A stretch of DNA of 64,000 nucleotides from Chloroflexota bacterium (GTDB lineage Bacteria; Chloroflexota; UBA11872; VXOZ01): NCBI GenBank assembly GCA_964291655.2, contig OZ219802.1, forward strand, positions 1,184,001 through 1,248,000, written 5' to 3'. Under the pieces are notes generated by a model. It did no database searches. It saw only the letters and a program-made list of their open reading frames with translations, and was not told the origin of the DNA. Positions 9,067 to 19,252 of the stretch are shown piece after piece (the first letter of the stretch is position 1; the number at the start of each line of letters is the position of its first letter). A program made the translations under genes and the position numbers.

Positions 9067-10577
9067 GAGCCGCCTCCTTGTTGCACTGCTCGGCGGAGTT
9101 CTTCGATTGTTTGACACCCATCCACCAATTCTTGCTGTCTCTCCACTGTGGCCCCCCACAGTTCATTCAGAGATAGAGTGAAGGACGCCCCGTTGTGCCC
9201 AAATGTGACGGATCCCCACTCCATTTCCGTAATGTACGGCGCGAACTTGGCGAGGCAAGCTGCGCGCACCGTGGCACGCGTGCCTGCGGGCGCTGTATTC
9301 TCCGCGCGGTCGATATCCGCATCCGTCACAATGCGCTGCATCCGTCCGGCGCGGGTCAGCATGTGGTAGAGGCTCACCGCAGGGTCCACCATATGGTACG
9401 CGAGATCGAGCCGCAGCACCGCCGGGTCATCCCAGTCGACGGCGTCATCACCGCTGACCTGGGCGAAGAGCGCGAGCTTTGCCACCCAGTCCAGACGGTC
9501 GCGCAAGCGCGTGGGGTTCGCATCCAGCAGATCAAGCACGGTTCCCCATTCGTCCAGCACCCAATCGGTCTCGTCGTCGCGATTGTGGTATCGTTGCGCC
9601 GCTTCCCAATAGAGGCGCTGAATGTCAATGGCACGCAGTGTAGAGCCGTCGGCCATTGCAAGAGGCTGCTGCAATTTGAGATCGCGAGAGACCGCTCGCA
9701 GTGCCTGCACAGGGTGTCGGAGTTGCACCCGTGGCGTAAGACCCTCCTCGACCAAATCGAGCATCAAGGCCGTGGCACCGACGCGCAAGGCCGTGGCAAA
9801 CTCGGAGCAATTGGCGTCGCCAATGATAACGTGCAACCGGCGGTACTTCTGAGGATTGGCGTGCGGTTCGTCCCGCGTATTGAAGATCGGGCGTTGTGTG
9901 GTGGTATTTATGCCCACTTCTGTTTCAAAGAAGTCCGCCCGCTGGCTGATTTGAAAACCGCCGGTGCGGCTCGTTGCCGTCTCATACGCCGCTTTCCCCG
10001 CGCCCGCATAGATCTGACGGGTGACGAAAAAGGGGATGCAGGCTGATATCAGATAGTCCAAAGGCACACTACGGCTTACAAGATAATTTTCGTGGCAGCC
10101 GTAACTCCTACCGTGATAGTCTGAGTTATTCTTGACGAGGCGTACGCCATTCTCTTGTCCCACGGCTGTGTTACGCGCTTGTTGGGCACGGAAGACCACA
10201 CGCTCGCCGGCCCTGTCTTGGGCAACAAGATCATGGAGCGAGAGGCACGCATCGGTGCAGTATTCGGGATGATTGTGGTCGTTGTAGAGACGGGCGCCGT
10301 TGGCAAGCACGGTATCGGCGAGGAGGTCCTGCCGGCTGAGATGCCTGCTCTTGGCAGTGTTACCGCGCAGGTCGTGCGGATCTTGGTCGAGGCGTTTAAC
10401 TCGTTTGCCGCGCAGGTCTACGCGCGGGTTTTCCGCCGTGTAGTCCCACCCGCGGAAGCAGTCCGCCAGCGGCGCGCTGCGCACGAGCATGGCCGCCTCG
10501 TAGGCGAAATCCACGGTTTCCGCGGCGTTGGCGCAGAGCATGCCGTACTCGGTCTCGATTCCCACCGGGCGATTCAT
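9063..10577 (-). CDS. dop: Depupylase/deamidase Dop-family (PafA2) homolog
   Basis: GIETEYG, LANGARLYNDHNHPEY (Dop-type DHxHPEY), KNNSD..SYGCHENY, SQRADFFE and RDEPHA..YRRLHVIIGDAN motifs. Confidence 0.88.
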   Translation of the reverse strand: MNRPVGIETEYGMLCANAAETVDFAYEAAMLVRSAPLADCFRGWDYTAENPRVDLRGKRVKRLDQDPHDLRGNTAKSRHLSRQDLLADTVLANGARLYNDHNHPEYCTDACLSLHDLVAQDRAGERVVFRAQQARNTAVGQENGVRLVKNNSDYHGRSYGCHENYLVSRSVPLDYLISACIPFFVTRQIYAGAGKAAYETATSRTGGFQISQRADFFETEVGINTTTQRPIFNTRDEPHANPQKYRRLHVIIGDANCSEFATALRVGATALMLDLVEEGLTPRVQLRHPVQALRAVSRDLKLQQPLAMADGSTLRAIDIQRLYWEAAQRYHNRDDETDWVLDEWGTVLDLLDANPTRLRDRLDWVAKLALFAQVSGDDAVDWDDPAVLRLDLAYHMVDPAVSLYHMLTRAGRMQRIVTDADIDRAENTAPAGTRATVRAACLAKFAPYITEMEWGSVTFGHNGASFTLSLNELWGATVERQQELVDGCQTIEELRRAVQQGGGS

Positions 10578-10725
10578 GGGTCTATCCTGACTTTGCGATT
10601 GTAGAATCTAGTATAGCAAGCCGCAGCGCGATTGGACGCCCCGTCCGCGAGACCGTCGCGTCCGCGGAGTCGCCGCACGTCGAGAGGGATTTGCACAACG
10701 TGCTCAGGATTGAGGCACACAGAAA

Positions 10726-10980
10726 TGTAGCGCGGGGGCTTGTCCCCCGCTGGCCTGGCACTTGGTACCCAAACGGGCTGCTCTTGGCCGGCGGAGTAAC
10801 TCTCGCGCCTCGTCCAGGTTGCATAACTGCACCTACCGGAGATCGCTCCGGCCTTGTAGCGCGGGGGCTTGTCCCCCGCTGGCCTGGCACGTGGTTCCCA
10901 AATGGGCTGCTCTTGGCCGGCGGAGCAACTCGCGCGCCTCGTGCAGGTTGCAAACCTGCACCTACCGGATGTCGCTCTGG
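10726..10980. repeat. Two ~129-bp tandem units of GTAG-type REP mosaic, inverted relative to 6510-6983
   Basis: tgtagcgcgggggcttgtcccccgctggcctggcac at 10726 and 10855, each followed by caggttgca..ctgcacctaccgga. Confidence 0.9.
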
Positions 10981-10999
10981 GCAGACATGCGCCGCCGGC

Positions 11000-11884
11000 T
11001 TACCGCGGATCCTGCGGGCCGATGTCGCCTTCCGCCAGGATGCCGTAGAGTTCCGGCCGGCGGAAACGGGGATGGAAGACTCCCTGCGAACGGCGCTCGG
11101 CCAGGAGTTGCTTATCGAGGTCGGCAGTGACCATCACTTCGTCATCGGCGTCATCCGGGGAGGCCGCCACCAGTTGTCCCAGCGGGCTATAGACCACGAC
11201 CATGGGATTACTGTAGTGCGCGCTCCCGCCGGTTGGCGGCGGCCCGCAGGCGTTGATAGCAACGAGAAAGACCCCGTTATCGATGGCACGTGCGGGAAAA
11301 GTACGGCCGGCGTAGTCTTTCCAGGCGCGGTTGCGGCTGGCGTGGTCCGGCGGCTCGCCCCACTCGCCGACTGACCAGACGTAGGGAGCGAGGATGACCT
11401 CAGCCCCTTGCAACGCCACCATGCGGCTCGACTCCGGCAGCCAGTTGTCGAAGCAGATGTTCACGCCAACTTTGGCAACACCAATGTCGATTACGGGGGG
11501 AGTGCCGCCGCCGCGCCAGTAACCCACCTCCGCCGGTGGGATGTGTATCTTGCGCGACTTGCCAATGTACCCATCAGGACCCACGATCACGTAGGTGTTA
11601 TACACAATGTCGCAGTCGTTTTCGGCAATGCCGGCGGCGAGCATGACGTTGTGCTCCCGCGCCAGGTCTACGAGCGCCTGCGTGGAAGGTCCCGGCACCG
11701 GTTCGGACGCCTCCCAGATTGCCGGTGTGATGGAATAGCCGCTCAGACCAAGTTCCGGAAAGCAGATGAGTTCGGGATTCTCCGCCTTGGCCCGCACGAC
11801 CCACGCGGCGTGATGGTCCAGGTTCTCCCGCGGCGACGCCGGCTTGCTGCACAGCGACACCGCCGAAACGCGAAAGCTCTGCAT
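11000..11884 (-). CDS. Carbon-nitrogen hydrolase (nitrilase/amidase family)
   Basis: Catalytic triad context FPEL, RKIH and ICFD. Confidence 0.9.
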   Translation of the reverse strand: MQSFRVSAVSLCSKPASPRENLDHHAAWVVRAKAENPELICFPELGLSGYSITPAIWEASEPVPGPSTQALVDLAREHNVMLAAGIAENDCDIVYNTYVIVGPDGYIGKSRKIHIPPAEVGYWRGGGTPPVIDIGVAKVGVNICFDNWLPESSRMVALQGAEVILAPYVWSVGEWGEPPDHASRNRAWKDYAGRTFPARAIDNGVFLVAINACGPPPTGGSAHYSNPMVVVYSPLGQLVAASPDDADDEVMVTADLDKQLLAERRSQGVFHPRFRRPELYGILAEGDIGPQDPR

Positions 11885-12301
11885 TCGTCATTCCTCGCTA
11901 GCCGTCGGGCCCTTTTACTTCATCCGTCTTTCCCAGAGAAAGCGCCGGAACCGCTTCAGCACCTAGCATCGCACACCGTCTCGTTACCTGCAATGAAAGG
12001 CTTTTGAGCTAGGGCACACACGTATTTGCACTGACCGCCCTGTGAGGGACGCAGACAACTGATCAATCCGAAAAAGGTACGACTCAATCTCCCCGTGGTC
12101 TTACCATCTCCCTGCCTCATCTGTGGCAGGGAAACAGAGATCTTCCCAGAGCATGTAGTCTACATGTTAAGGGGATAAGACGAGTAGGCCCTCGGCTACA
12201 GCAACCTCAGTGATGCAAGTTGGCCACTGACAAAGCCGATTGTGCGCAGACGTGATCTGCCTTTGAAAGCGGCAAATACCCGAAAACTAGAACGCTCTCG
12301 T

Positions 12302-15300
12302 TCAATCTGTAGGTATCTCTAGTTGGTCGTATTTGTTCCAGCCCCAGCAGAGGGCCGTGCCGTTCTCTCTCAGTCCGCAAGCATGCATTCTGCCGGTAGT
12401 GATGTCCGTGAAGCGCTCGCCTTCCGGCGGTGAAGCCTTGCCATAGGCGTCGTCACCCCAGCAGACGGCAGTGCCGTCCGTTCGCAGGGCGCAGGTGTGG
12501 TCATAGTTGGAGCTTATCGCCGTATAGCGCTGGCCCGTGGGCGGGGATGCTTCCCCGTACCAATTTTGGCCACCCCAGCATACAGCGGTGCCGTCAGTGC
12601 GTAGAGCACATGCATGAGAACTACCGCTGCTGATCACCCTAAAGCGTTCGCTCTCCGGCGGCGATGTCGCACCACTATAGTCGTCGCCCCAGCAAATGGG
12701 CGTACCGTCTTCTCGCAGTGCGCATGTGAACAAACTGCCGCTGCTTATAGACGTGAAGCGCTCTCTTTGAGGCGCCGATGTTTGAACGTAATCATCCCAG
12801 CCCCAGCAAGCGGCAGAACCATCCTCGCGAAGAGCACAAGTGTGGCCACTGCCAGTGCTGATGGCAGTAAAACGCTCGTTCGCAGGTGGCGTTGCCTGTC
12901 CGCCGCTATTGTTGCCCCAACAGATAGGTGTTCCATCCTCACGCAAGGCACAGATGTGCCCACTAGTGCTAATTGCGGTAAAGCGTTCGTTATCAGGTGG
13001 CGCTAAGCCAATTCGACCCCAGCACACGGGTGTTCCGTCCGTGCGGAGCGCACACGTGTAGCCTGAGGTGCTGCTGATCGCCATGAAGCGAGGCGCAGGT
13101 GTGGGCGTTACCGATGCGGACGTAGAAGGCGAAGGCGTTGGGGGTGGAAGCGGAGCGTGATAGGACTCCGGTGAGGTTTGGCCGTAGTCCTCCCATCCCC
13201 AGCAGACGGCGCTGCCGTCCGCACGCAGGCCGCAGGTGTGGGAACTGCCAGCGCTGATGTCCTTAAACTGCTCATCTGCCGGCGCCGAGGATTGTCTTGA
13301 GTGATCATCTCCCCAACATACGGCCGTGCCATCCGGACGAAGCGCGCACGTGTTGCCCGACCCACTGCTGACAGTTGTAAAGCGCTCACCTTCCGGCGGC
13401 GTTGCAGCGTGAACATATCCCCAGCAGACGGGAGAGCCATCATCCCGCAGCGCGCAGGTGTGGCTAACTCCACTGCTAATCGCCGCGAATTGCTCTCCTT
13501 CCGGGGGAGCTGCCTGTTCCTGGCCGTTCTCTCCCCAGCAGACCGGGGTGCTGTCTGCACGGAGTCCGCAGCCGTGCGAAGCGCCCGTGCTCAAGCTAGT
13601 GAGAGTCTCACCCTCTAGGGGACTCTCATCAATGAACTCCCGGCCCCAACAAACCAGGCTTCCGTCCGTCTTGAGGGCGCACGTGTACGAGCGCCCGTAG
13701 CCGGAGCTGACCGCCGTGAAACGGTATTCCTCTGGCGGCGACCGAGGCGGCGAGGGCTCGCCTCCGCCCGACGGCCAGCAATACACCGTGCCGTCCTTAC
13801 GCAGCCCGCAAGGTTCGGCTCCAACGCTGACGGAACTGAACCGCTCGTTGCGTCCTAAGTAGTAACTGGAATCCCAGGGTCCCCAACAGTAAAGAGAACC
13901 GTCTGTACGGAGACCGCAGGCCTGATTGTAGCCGCTGCTGATGGCGGTAAAGCGCTCTTCCGCAGGCGGAGAGGCGTCTATGCCCCAACAAACCGGCGTG
14001 CCGTCCGCGCGCAGCGCGCAAGTGTGCAAGTCCCCGCTGCTGATAGCCACGAAGCGCTCTTCCTCCGGCGGCCGCGCCTGCCCGAAGTTGTCTCGATGGG
14101 GGCTAGCGTCTGCTTGCACGCGAAACCCCCAGCAAACCGGAAAACCATCTTTGCGCAGCGCGCACGTGTACTTTCCAGCACTACTGATGGCGATGAATCG
14201 TTCGTCCTCAGGAGCATCGGCCCGACCATCGTAGTTTTCACCCCAGCAGACGGGAGATCCGTCTTCACGCAGAGCGCACGTGTGGTATTGACCGCTGCTG
14301 ATAGTAACGAACGCCTCACCGAGGGGTGGAGCAATGGCTCCTGGCAAACCCCAACAAAGAGGCTTGCCACCAGCAAGTAACCCACAAACATGGTTGCCAC
14401 CGCTGCTAATTGCCAGGAAGCGCGCGCCTTTTGGTGGCGATGCCTGTCCTGAATGATTTGATCCCCAGCAGATTGCAGTGCCATCTGCTCGCAATCCGCA
14501 GGAATGGCGCTCACCACTGGTGATGGCAACGAAGCGCTCATTCACTGGAGGCGAAGACTCGCCGTACTTGTCGTCATCGCTCCAGCAGACGGGAGAGCCG
14601 TCCTCACGCAGCGCGCAGGTGTGCTTGTCACCGCTGCTGACGGCGACGAAGCTCTCGCCCGCCGGCGGCGCCGCCTGGCCTTCACGATTCGATCCCCAGC
14701 ATAACGCCGTGCCGTCCGGCCGCAGGGCGCACGTATGTAATCTCCCGCTGCTGATGGCTACTAGGCCTTCCGCGGCGAGCTGCGCAAAGACAGGCGTGGG
14801 GGCCGACCTCGCCACGAGCGGCTGCGCGGGTGGCGGCTTGGAGGCATCCATCGGCAGCGATGCCTTGCCGTAACTATCATCTCCCCAGCAATAGATAGTC
14901 CCGTCCGCGCGCAGGGCACAGAAGTGGTTTCCGCCACTGTCGAGCGCCACGAAACCCTCACCTTCCGGCGCTATCGTTGTACTTTCAAACCTACCGCCCC
15001 AGCAGAGTGCCGTCCCGTCCGCCTGCAAACCGCAGGCGCGGAAAAAGCCGACGATTACTGCCGTAAAGCGTCGGTCTTCAGGAGGCGAAAGATCGGCAAG
15101 CAGGTCACGGCCCCAGCAAACGGCTCCGCCGTTTGCGCGTAAGGCGCACGTGTCATTCGCACCGCTGGCTATGGCAGTGAAGCGCTCCTCTGTCGGGGCC
15201 TCGGTCTGGCCATCTTCGCTATTGCCCCAACATGAGGCGCCACCATCTGTCCGCACCGCACAGAAAAAGTTTCCGCCACTGCTGATGGCAATATAGCGCT

Positions 15301-15871
15301 CGCCCTCCGGCGGCGTTGCCGCCCCGCCACTGTCCAAACCCCAGCAGACGGCGCTGCCGTCTTCACGCAGGGCGCAGGTGTGCAAACTGCCGCTGCTGAT
15401 GGCCGCAAAGCGTTCGTTACTTGGTGGGGGAACCTGCCCAAATCTATCATCGCCCCAACAGACTGCCGTCCCATCCGCTCGCAGGGCACACGTGTGCCCC
15501 CAGCCGCTGCTGATGGCGGTGAAGCGTTCGCCTGTGGGAGCCGATACCTGACCAAAATAGTCCGAGCCCCAGCAAACTGCGCTGCCATCCTCCCGCAGTG
15601 CACAGGTATGATCATAGCCGGTGCTCACCGCAATGAAGCGATGCGGAGGTGTCGGTGTAGCTGTCCCCATAGGGTAAGGACTAGGCGAGGCGACAGGCCC
15701 AGAGAGAAGATCCTGTGCGTCCGCTGGTTGCGGTGCCGCAGGCAAGACCCGCTGATCGCCTGCGCATGCCGCCAGCAGCGCTACTGTCAGCAGGAAGAAC
15801 AAGCCTATTCTTGCCAATAGGCACACAAACTCTTGTACGGGGAGCAGCACGAGGTATGAGAGTGTCGACAT
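12302..15871 (-). CDS. Large RCC1/BLIP-II-like repeat lipoprotein (28 repeats)
   Basis: Hydrophobic signal and LAAC lipobox; repeat FxAISSGxxHTCALRxDGxxVCWG; Pro/Thr-rich linkers. Confidence 0.88.
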   Translation of the reverse strand: MSTLSYLVLLPVQEFVCLLARIGLFFLLTVALLAACAGDQRVLPAAPQPADAQDLLSGPVASPSPYPMGTATPTPPHRFIAVSTGYDHTCALREDGSAVCWGSDYFGQVSAPTGERFTAISSGWGHTCALRADGTAVCWGDDRFGQVPPPSNERFAAISSGSLHTCALREDGSAVCWGLDSGGAATPPEGERYIAISSGGNFFCAVRTDGGASCWGNSEDGQTEAPTEERFTAIASGANDTCALRANGGAVCWGRDLLADLSPPEDRRFTAVIVGFFRACGLQADGTALCWGGRFESTTIAPEGEGFVALDSGGNHFCALRADGTIYCWGDDSYGKASLPMDASKPPPAQPLVARSAPTPVFAQLAAEGLVAISSGRLHTCALRPDGTALCWGSNREGQAAPPAGESFVAVSSGDKHTCALREDGSPVCWSDDDKYGESSPPVNERFVAITSGERHSCGLRADGTAICWGSNHSGQASPPKGARFLAISSGGNHVCGLLAGGKPLCWGLPGAIAPPLGEAFVTISSGQYHTCALREDGSPVCWGENYDGRADAPEDERFIAISSAGKYTCALRKDGFPVCWGFRVQADASPHRDNFGQARPPEEERFVAISSGDLHTCALRADGTPVCWGIDASPPAEERFTAISSGYNQACGLRTDGSLYCWGPWDSSYYLGRNERFSSVSVGAEPCGLRKDGTVYCWPSGGGEPSPPRSPPEEYRFTAVSSGYGRSYTCALKTDGSLVCWGREFIDESPLEGETLTSLSTGASHGCGLRADSTPVCWGENGQEQAAPPEGEQFAAISSGVSHTCALRDDGSPVCWGYVHAATPPEGERFTTVSSGSGNTCALRPDGTAVCWGDDHSRQSSAPADEQFKDISAGSSHTCGLRADGSAVCWGWEDYGQTSPESYHAPLPPPTPSPSTSASVTPTPAPRFMAISSTSGYTCALRTDGTPVCWGRIGLAPPDNERFTAISTSGHICALREDGTPICWGNNSGGQATPPANERFTAISTGSGHTCALREDGSAACWGWDDYVQTSAPQRERFTSISSGSLFTCALREDGTPICWGDDYSGATSPPESERFRVISSGSSHACALRTDGTAVCWGGQNWYGEASPPTGQRYTAISSNYDHTCALRTDGTAVCWGDDAYGKASPPEGERFTDITTGRMHACGLRENGTALCWGWNKYDQLEIPTD

Positions 15872-16210
15872 GACCTACCTCTGTAGGCAGTTCCTGAACT
15901 CAAGCTTCACAGTACGTTCATATTAGTACAATTGAAGGGTGATTGACAAAGTAATTATTCAGTCGCCCTCAGCATTAATGTTGGCTTAGGACAATGATGA
16001 GGCTCTACAAGAATTCTTGCCCTGTGTTCTCTCCGTCCGATAACTCTCACGCACTCACAGAGTTTGCCACTCTTGCGAGGAGAGCAGCATGCCGTTTGCC
16101 GACGACGCATTGCGCCCATGAGTCCTTCCTCCTACTTGCCGGATTGACGGGAAGGTGCTAAATTACATAACAATATGGGTATCGTACGCATTCTCAGAGA
16201 GGAGCATGCT

Positions 16211-17422
16211 ATGCGACTTCTTGACTGGAAAAGAACCATTCTGCTGGCGGCACTGGCGCTGCTGGCGTCGCTCGCGATTGCCTGCGGCGGGGATGCCGCT
16301 CCTGACGAAGAGAAGGACATGGCGGCGGCGGAATTGCCGCCCTTTAAGATTGGCGTGATGGAGTCGCTCACTGGACCGGGCGAGACCTACGGCAGCGTGG
16401 CTCTGCAAGCCAAGCAGATGGCCGTGGATGAGATTAACGCGTCGGGCGGCATCAATGGCCGCATGCTGGAGCTCATAGTCGAGGACTCCAAGTGCTCCGC
16501 CCAGGACGCCATCACCGCGTATAACAAGCTTACCGACGTGGACGGTGTCAAGATTATTCTGGGCACGTCTTGCAGCGGCGCCATGCTGGGCGCGGCGCCC
16601 TTGGCGGAAGCCGACGGCGTGGTCCTCTTCTCCGGTTTGGCGACGAATCCGGATATTGCCAACGCTGGCGACTATATCTTCCGCACGTCCATGAGTGACG
16701 CCCAGCTTGGGGTAGACGCCGGCAACGTCATGTGGGCGGACGGTGTGCGCAATCTGGCGACCATCTCCGAGACCACCGACTATGCCGAGGGTGTGCGCCG
16801 CACATCGGTTGCACAGTTTGAGAAGCGCGGCGGCACTGTGGTTGCTGAAGAGCGCTATGGTTCGGATACCACCGACTTCAGGACCCAGTTAACGAAGCTG
16901 ATCGGGGAGAGCCCCGATGCCCTGCTCGTGGCCGCTCAGTCCGAATTCACCGGCGGTACCATCATCAAGCAGGTGCGCGAGTTGGGCTTTGAAGGGCAGA
17001 TATATGCCGACATCGTGCCGGTTGGCGCCACGGCTCTGGAAATTGCCGGCGATGCTGCAGCCGGCACCAAGGCCATCTTGGCAGACATTTCTCCTAGCAA
17101 TGCCAAGGGTCAAGAAGTGCTGGCCAATTTCCGGGCGCGTTACGACTACGTCACACTGGCCTGGTACATTGGCTCGGTCTATGATGACGTTTACATCACC
17201 GCCGAGTGCCTCAAGCAGACCAATGACGATCAGGATGCCGATGGCTTCCGCGACTGCCTGTACGCCATCACCTGGACCGGCGCTATCGGCGAGAATTACA
17301 CTTTCGATGAGAACGGCGAGGTCGTCGGACTTTCCAACGTGGTGGTGGAAGTACTGCCCGTAGCCGAGCGGACTGAGGAAAACCAGGGCTACAAGGTGCT
17401 GGGCAGCGCGCCGACGGAGTAA
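16211..17422 (+). CDS. Branched-chain amino acid-type ABC transporter substrate-binding lipoprotein (LivK-like), paralog 1
   Basis: AIAC lipobox; KIGVMESLTG, EINASGGINGR and YIFRT motifs; followed by liv permeases. Confidence 0.9.
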   Translation: MRLLDWKRTILLAALALLASLAIACGGDAAPDEEKDMAAAELPPFKIGVMESLTGPGETYGSVALQAKQMAVDEINASGGINGRMLELIVEDSKCSAQDAITAYNKLTDVDGVKIILGTSCSGAMLGAAPLAEADGVVLFSGLATNPDIANAGDYIFRTSMSDAQLGVDAGNVMWADGVRNLATISETTDYAEGVRRTSVAQFEKRGGTVVAEERYGSDTTDFRTQLTKLIGESPDALLVAAQSEFTGGTIIKQVRELGFEGQIYADIVPVGATALEIAGDAAAGTKAILADISPSNAKGQEVLANFRARYDYVTLAWYIGSVYDDVYITAECLKQTNDDQDADGFRDCLYAITWTGAIGENYTFDENGEVVGLSNVVVEVLPVAERTEENQGYKVLGSAPTE

Positions 17423-17795
17423 TGCCACTGCACGTTGTGTTTGCGGTGTATTTGCGGTTCGGCCGTGGACTGCGGGTATGAACTTTCCGCACGACCGCTC
17501 ACAATGAAGTGCTTGCCAAACCGTTCCTGCTGCAAGGAGAACTGCGCGAACACCACTCAGCATGAACGGTTTGGCGCTCTCCGCGCCTGCGCAAGACTCT
17601 GCGCAACACCATGTGGACACATGGCGCCATGCGTTCGCAAGAGGATTGCGCAGACCCAGACTCCCTGTAAGTCCTATGCGATTGCGCGCAAACAGTGCTT
17701 ATGTGTTTCTCCGTGCACTTGCCGCATTGACGGCATTGGTGCTAAAGTAACTACCCAATTAGTAAACCTAGACCATTCTCACAAAGATGTGTGCT

Positions 17796-18998
17796 ATGCG
17801 AATCGTATCTTGGCAGCGTTTGATTTGGCTCTCGGCAATTTGGCTGCTCGCTCTGCTTGTCATTGGCTGCGCCGCCGCGGACACGGAACAAGACGCGGGA
17901 GACGATGAGAAAGCGCCCTTTAGGATTGGCGTGATGGAGTCGCTCACGGGCCCTGGCGAGACTTACGGCAATGTTGCGATCCGCGCCAAGCAGATGGCCG
18001 TGGACGAAATCAACGCCGCGGGCGGCGTTGACGGCCGCTTGCTTGAACTCGTGGTGGAAGACTCCCAGTGCAGCGCCAAGGAAGCGGTCGCCGCGTACCG
18101 CAAGCTGACCGACGTCGACGGTGTGAAGATCATCCTTGGCACCTCCTGCAGCGGCGCCATGCTCGGGGTCGCTCCCCTGGCGGAGGCCGATGGGGTCATC
18201 CTGTTTTCCGGGCTGGCGAGCAACCCGGACATCGCCAACGCGGGCGACTACATCTTTCGCACCCAGATTAGCGATGTCGAAGTCGGCATCGGCACCGGGA
18301 ACCTGATGTGGACCGACGGCGTCCGCAAGCTGGCTACCATCACCGAAGCCACCGACTACGCCGAGGGCGTGCGCCGCACCACAGTGGCCCAGTTCACGAA
18401 ACGGGGCGGACAGGTGGTGTCCCAGGAGTCGTACGCGTCCGACGTTACCGACTTTCGGACCCAACTGAGCAAACTGTTCGACGAGCAGCCGGACGCGCTG
18501 CATCTGGCGCCGCAGTCCGAGTTCGCGGCCGGTGTCATCATCAAGCAGGCGCGAGAGTTGGGCTACGCAGGCCCCATCTATGCCGAGACGATTTCCGTGG
18601 GGACGACGGCCCTGGAGATCGCCGGCGACCACGCCACCGGGATGAAAGCAATCACGGCAGACTTGCACCCCGACAACGCCAAAGCCCAAGAGGTCCTTGC
18701 AAACTTCCGGCAACGTTACGACTACGTCACATTGCCGTGGCACCTCGGTTCCGCCTATGACAACGTGTACATCGCCGCCGAATGTCTCAAACGAACCGGC
18801 GATGACCAGGACGCGGATGGCTTCCGCGACTGCATGTACGAATTAACCTGGAGCGGCGCGATCGGCAACGACTACAGCTTCGACGCCGACGGCGAAGTGG
18901 TGGGCCTCTCCAGGCTGGTCGTGGAGGTCCTGCCCGTCGCCGAGAGAACGACGGAAAACCACGGCTACAGGGTGCTGGGCAGCGCGCCGACCGAATAG
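17796..18998 (+). CDS. Branched-chain amino acid-type ABC transporter substrate-binding lipoprotein, paralog 2
   Basis: VIGC lipobox; closely similar to 16211-17422, with the same C-terminus VLGSAPTE. Confidence 0.9.
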   Translation: MRIVSWQRLIWLSAIWLLALLVIGCAAADTEQDAGDDEKAPFRIGVMESLTGPGETYGNVAIRAKQMAVDEINAAGGVDGRLLELVVEDSQCSAKEAVAAYRKLTDVDGVKIILGTSCSGAMLGVAPLAEADGVILFSGLASNPDIANAGDYIFRTQISDVEVGIGTGNLMWTDGVRKLATITEATDYAEGVRRTTVAQFTKRGGQVVSQESYASDVTDFRTQLSKLFDEQPDALHLAPQSEFAAGVIIKQARELGYAGPIYAETISVGTTALEIAGDHATGMKAITADLHPDNAKAQEVLANFRQRYDYVTLPWHLGSAYDNVYIAAECLKRTGDDQDADGFRDCMYELTWSGAIGNDYSFDADGEVVGLSRLVVEVLPVAERTTENHGYRVLGSAPTE

Positions 18999-19252
18999 GA
19001 GAAGCGGCCACAACGTCAACCGTCCATGGGACGAATGCTTGGCCGGAAAACGCAAGTCTGCGGGCAAGCGGCTGCTTACTCACTATTCCACATGGGTCGG
19101 CAAGCGCTGCGGACAAACTGACCATCGCGTTCGACTTCGTCATTGCACGCAAAGCATTCCATCGGCTTGTAATGGAGCCTTCGGTAGAGAGCGGTACGTC
19201 AGGTCCTGCGTGACCACTACACCTACGGAGATTCTGCGGAGAGAGAACGCAC

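Noticed and set aside
8842-9159. 105-aa version of the Pup-like ORF
   Set aside because: It overlaps dop by about 100 bp; the RBS and GTGA coupling favour a start at 9066.
12302-15871. Diversity-generating retroelement target among the repeat proteins
   Set aside because: No reverse transcriptase is present and no adenine-specific TR/VR pair was seen.
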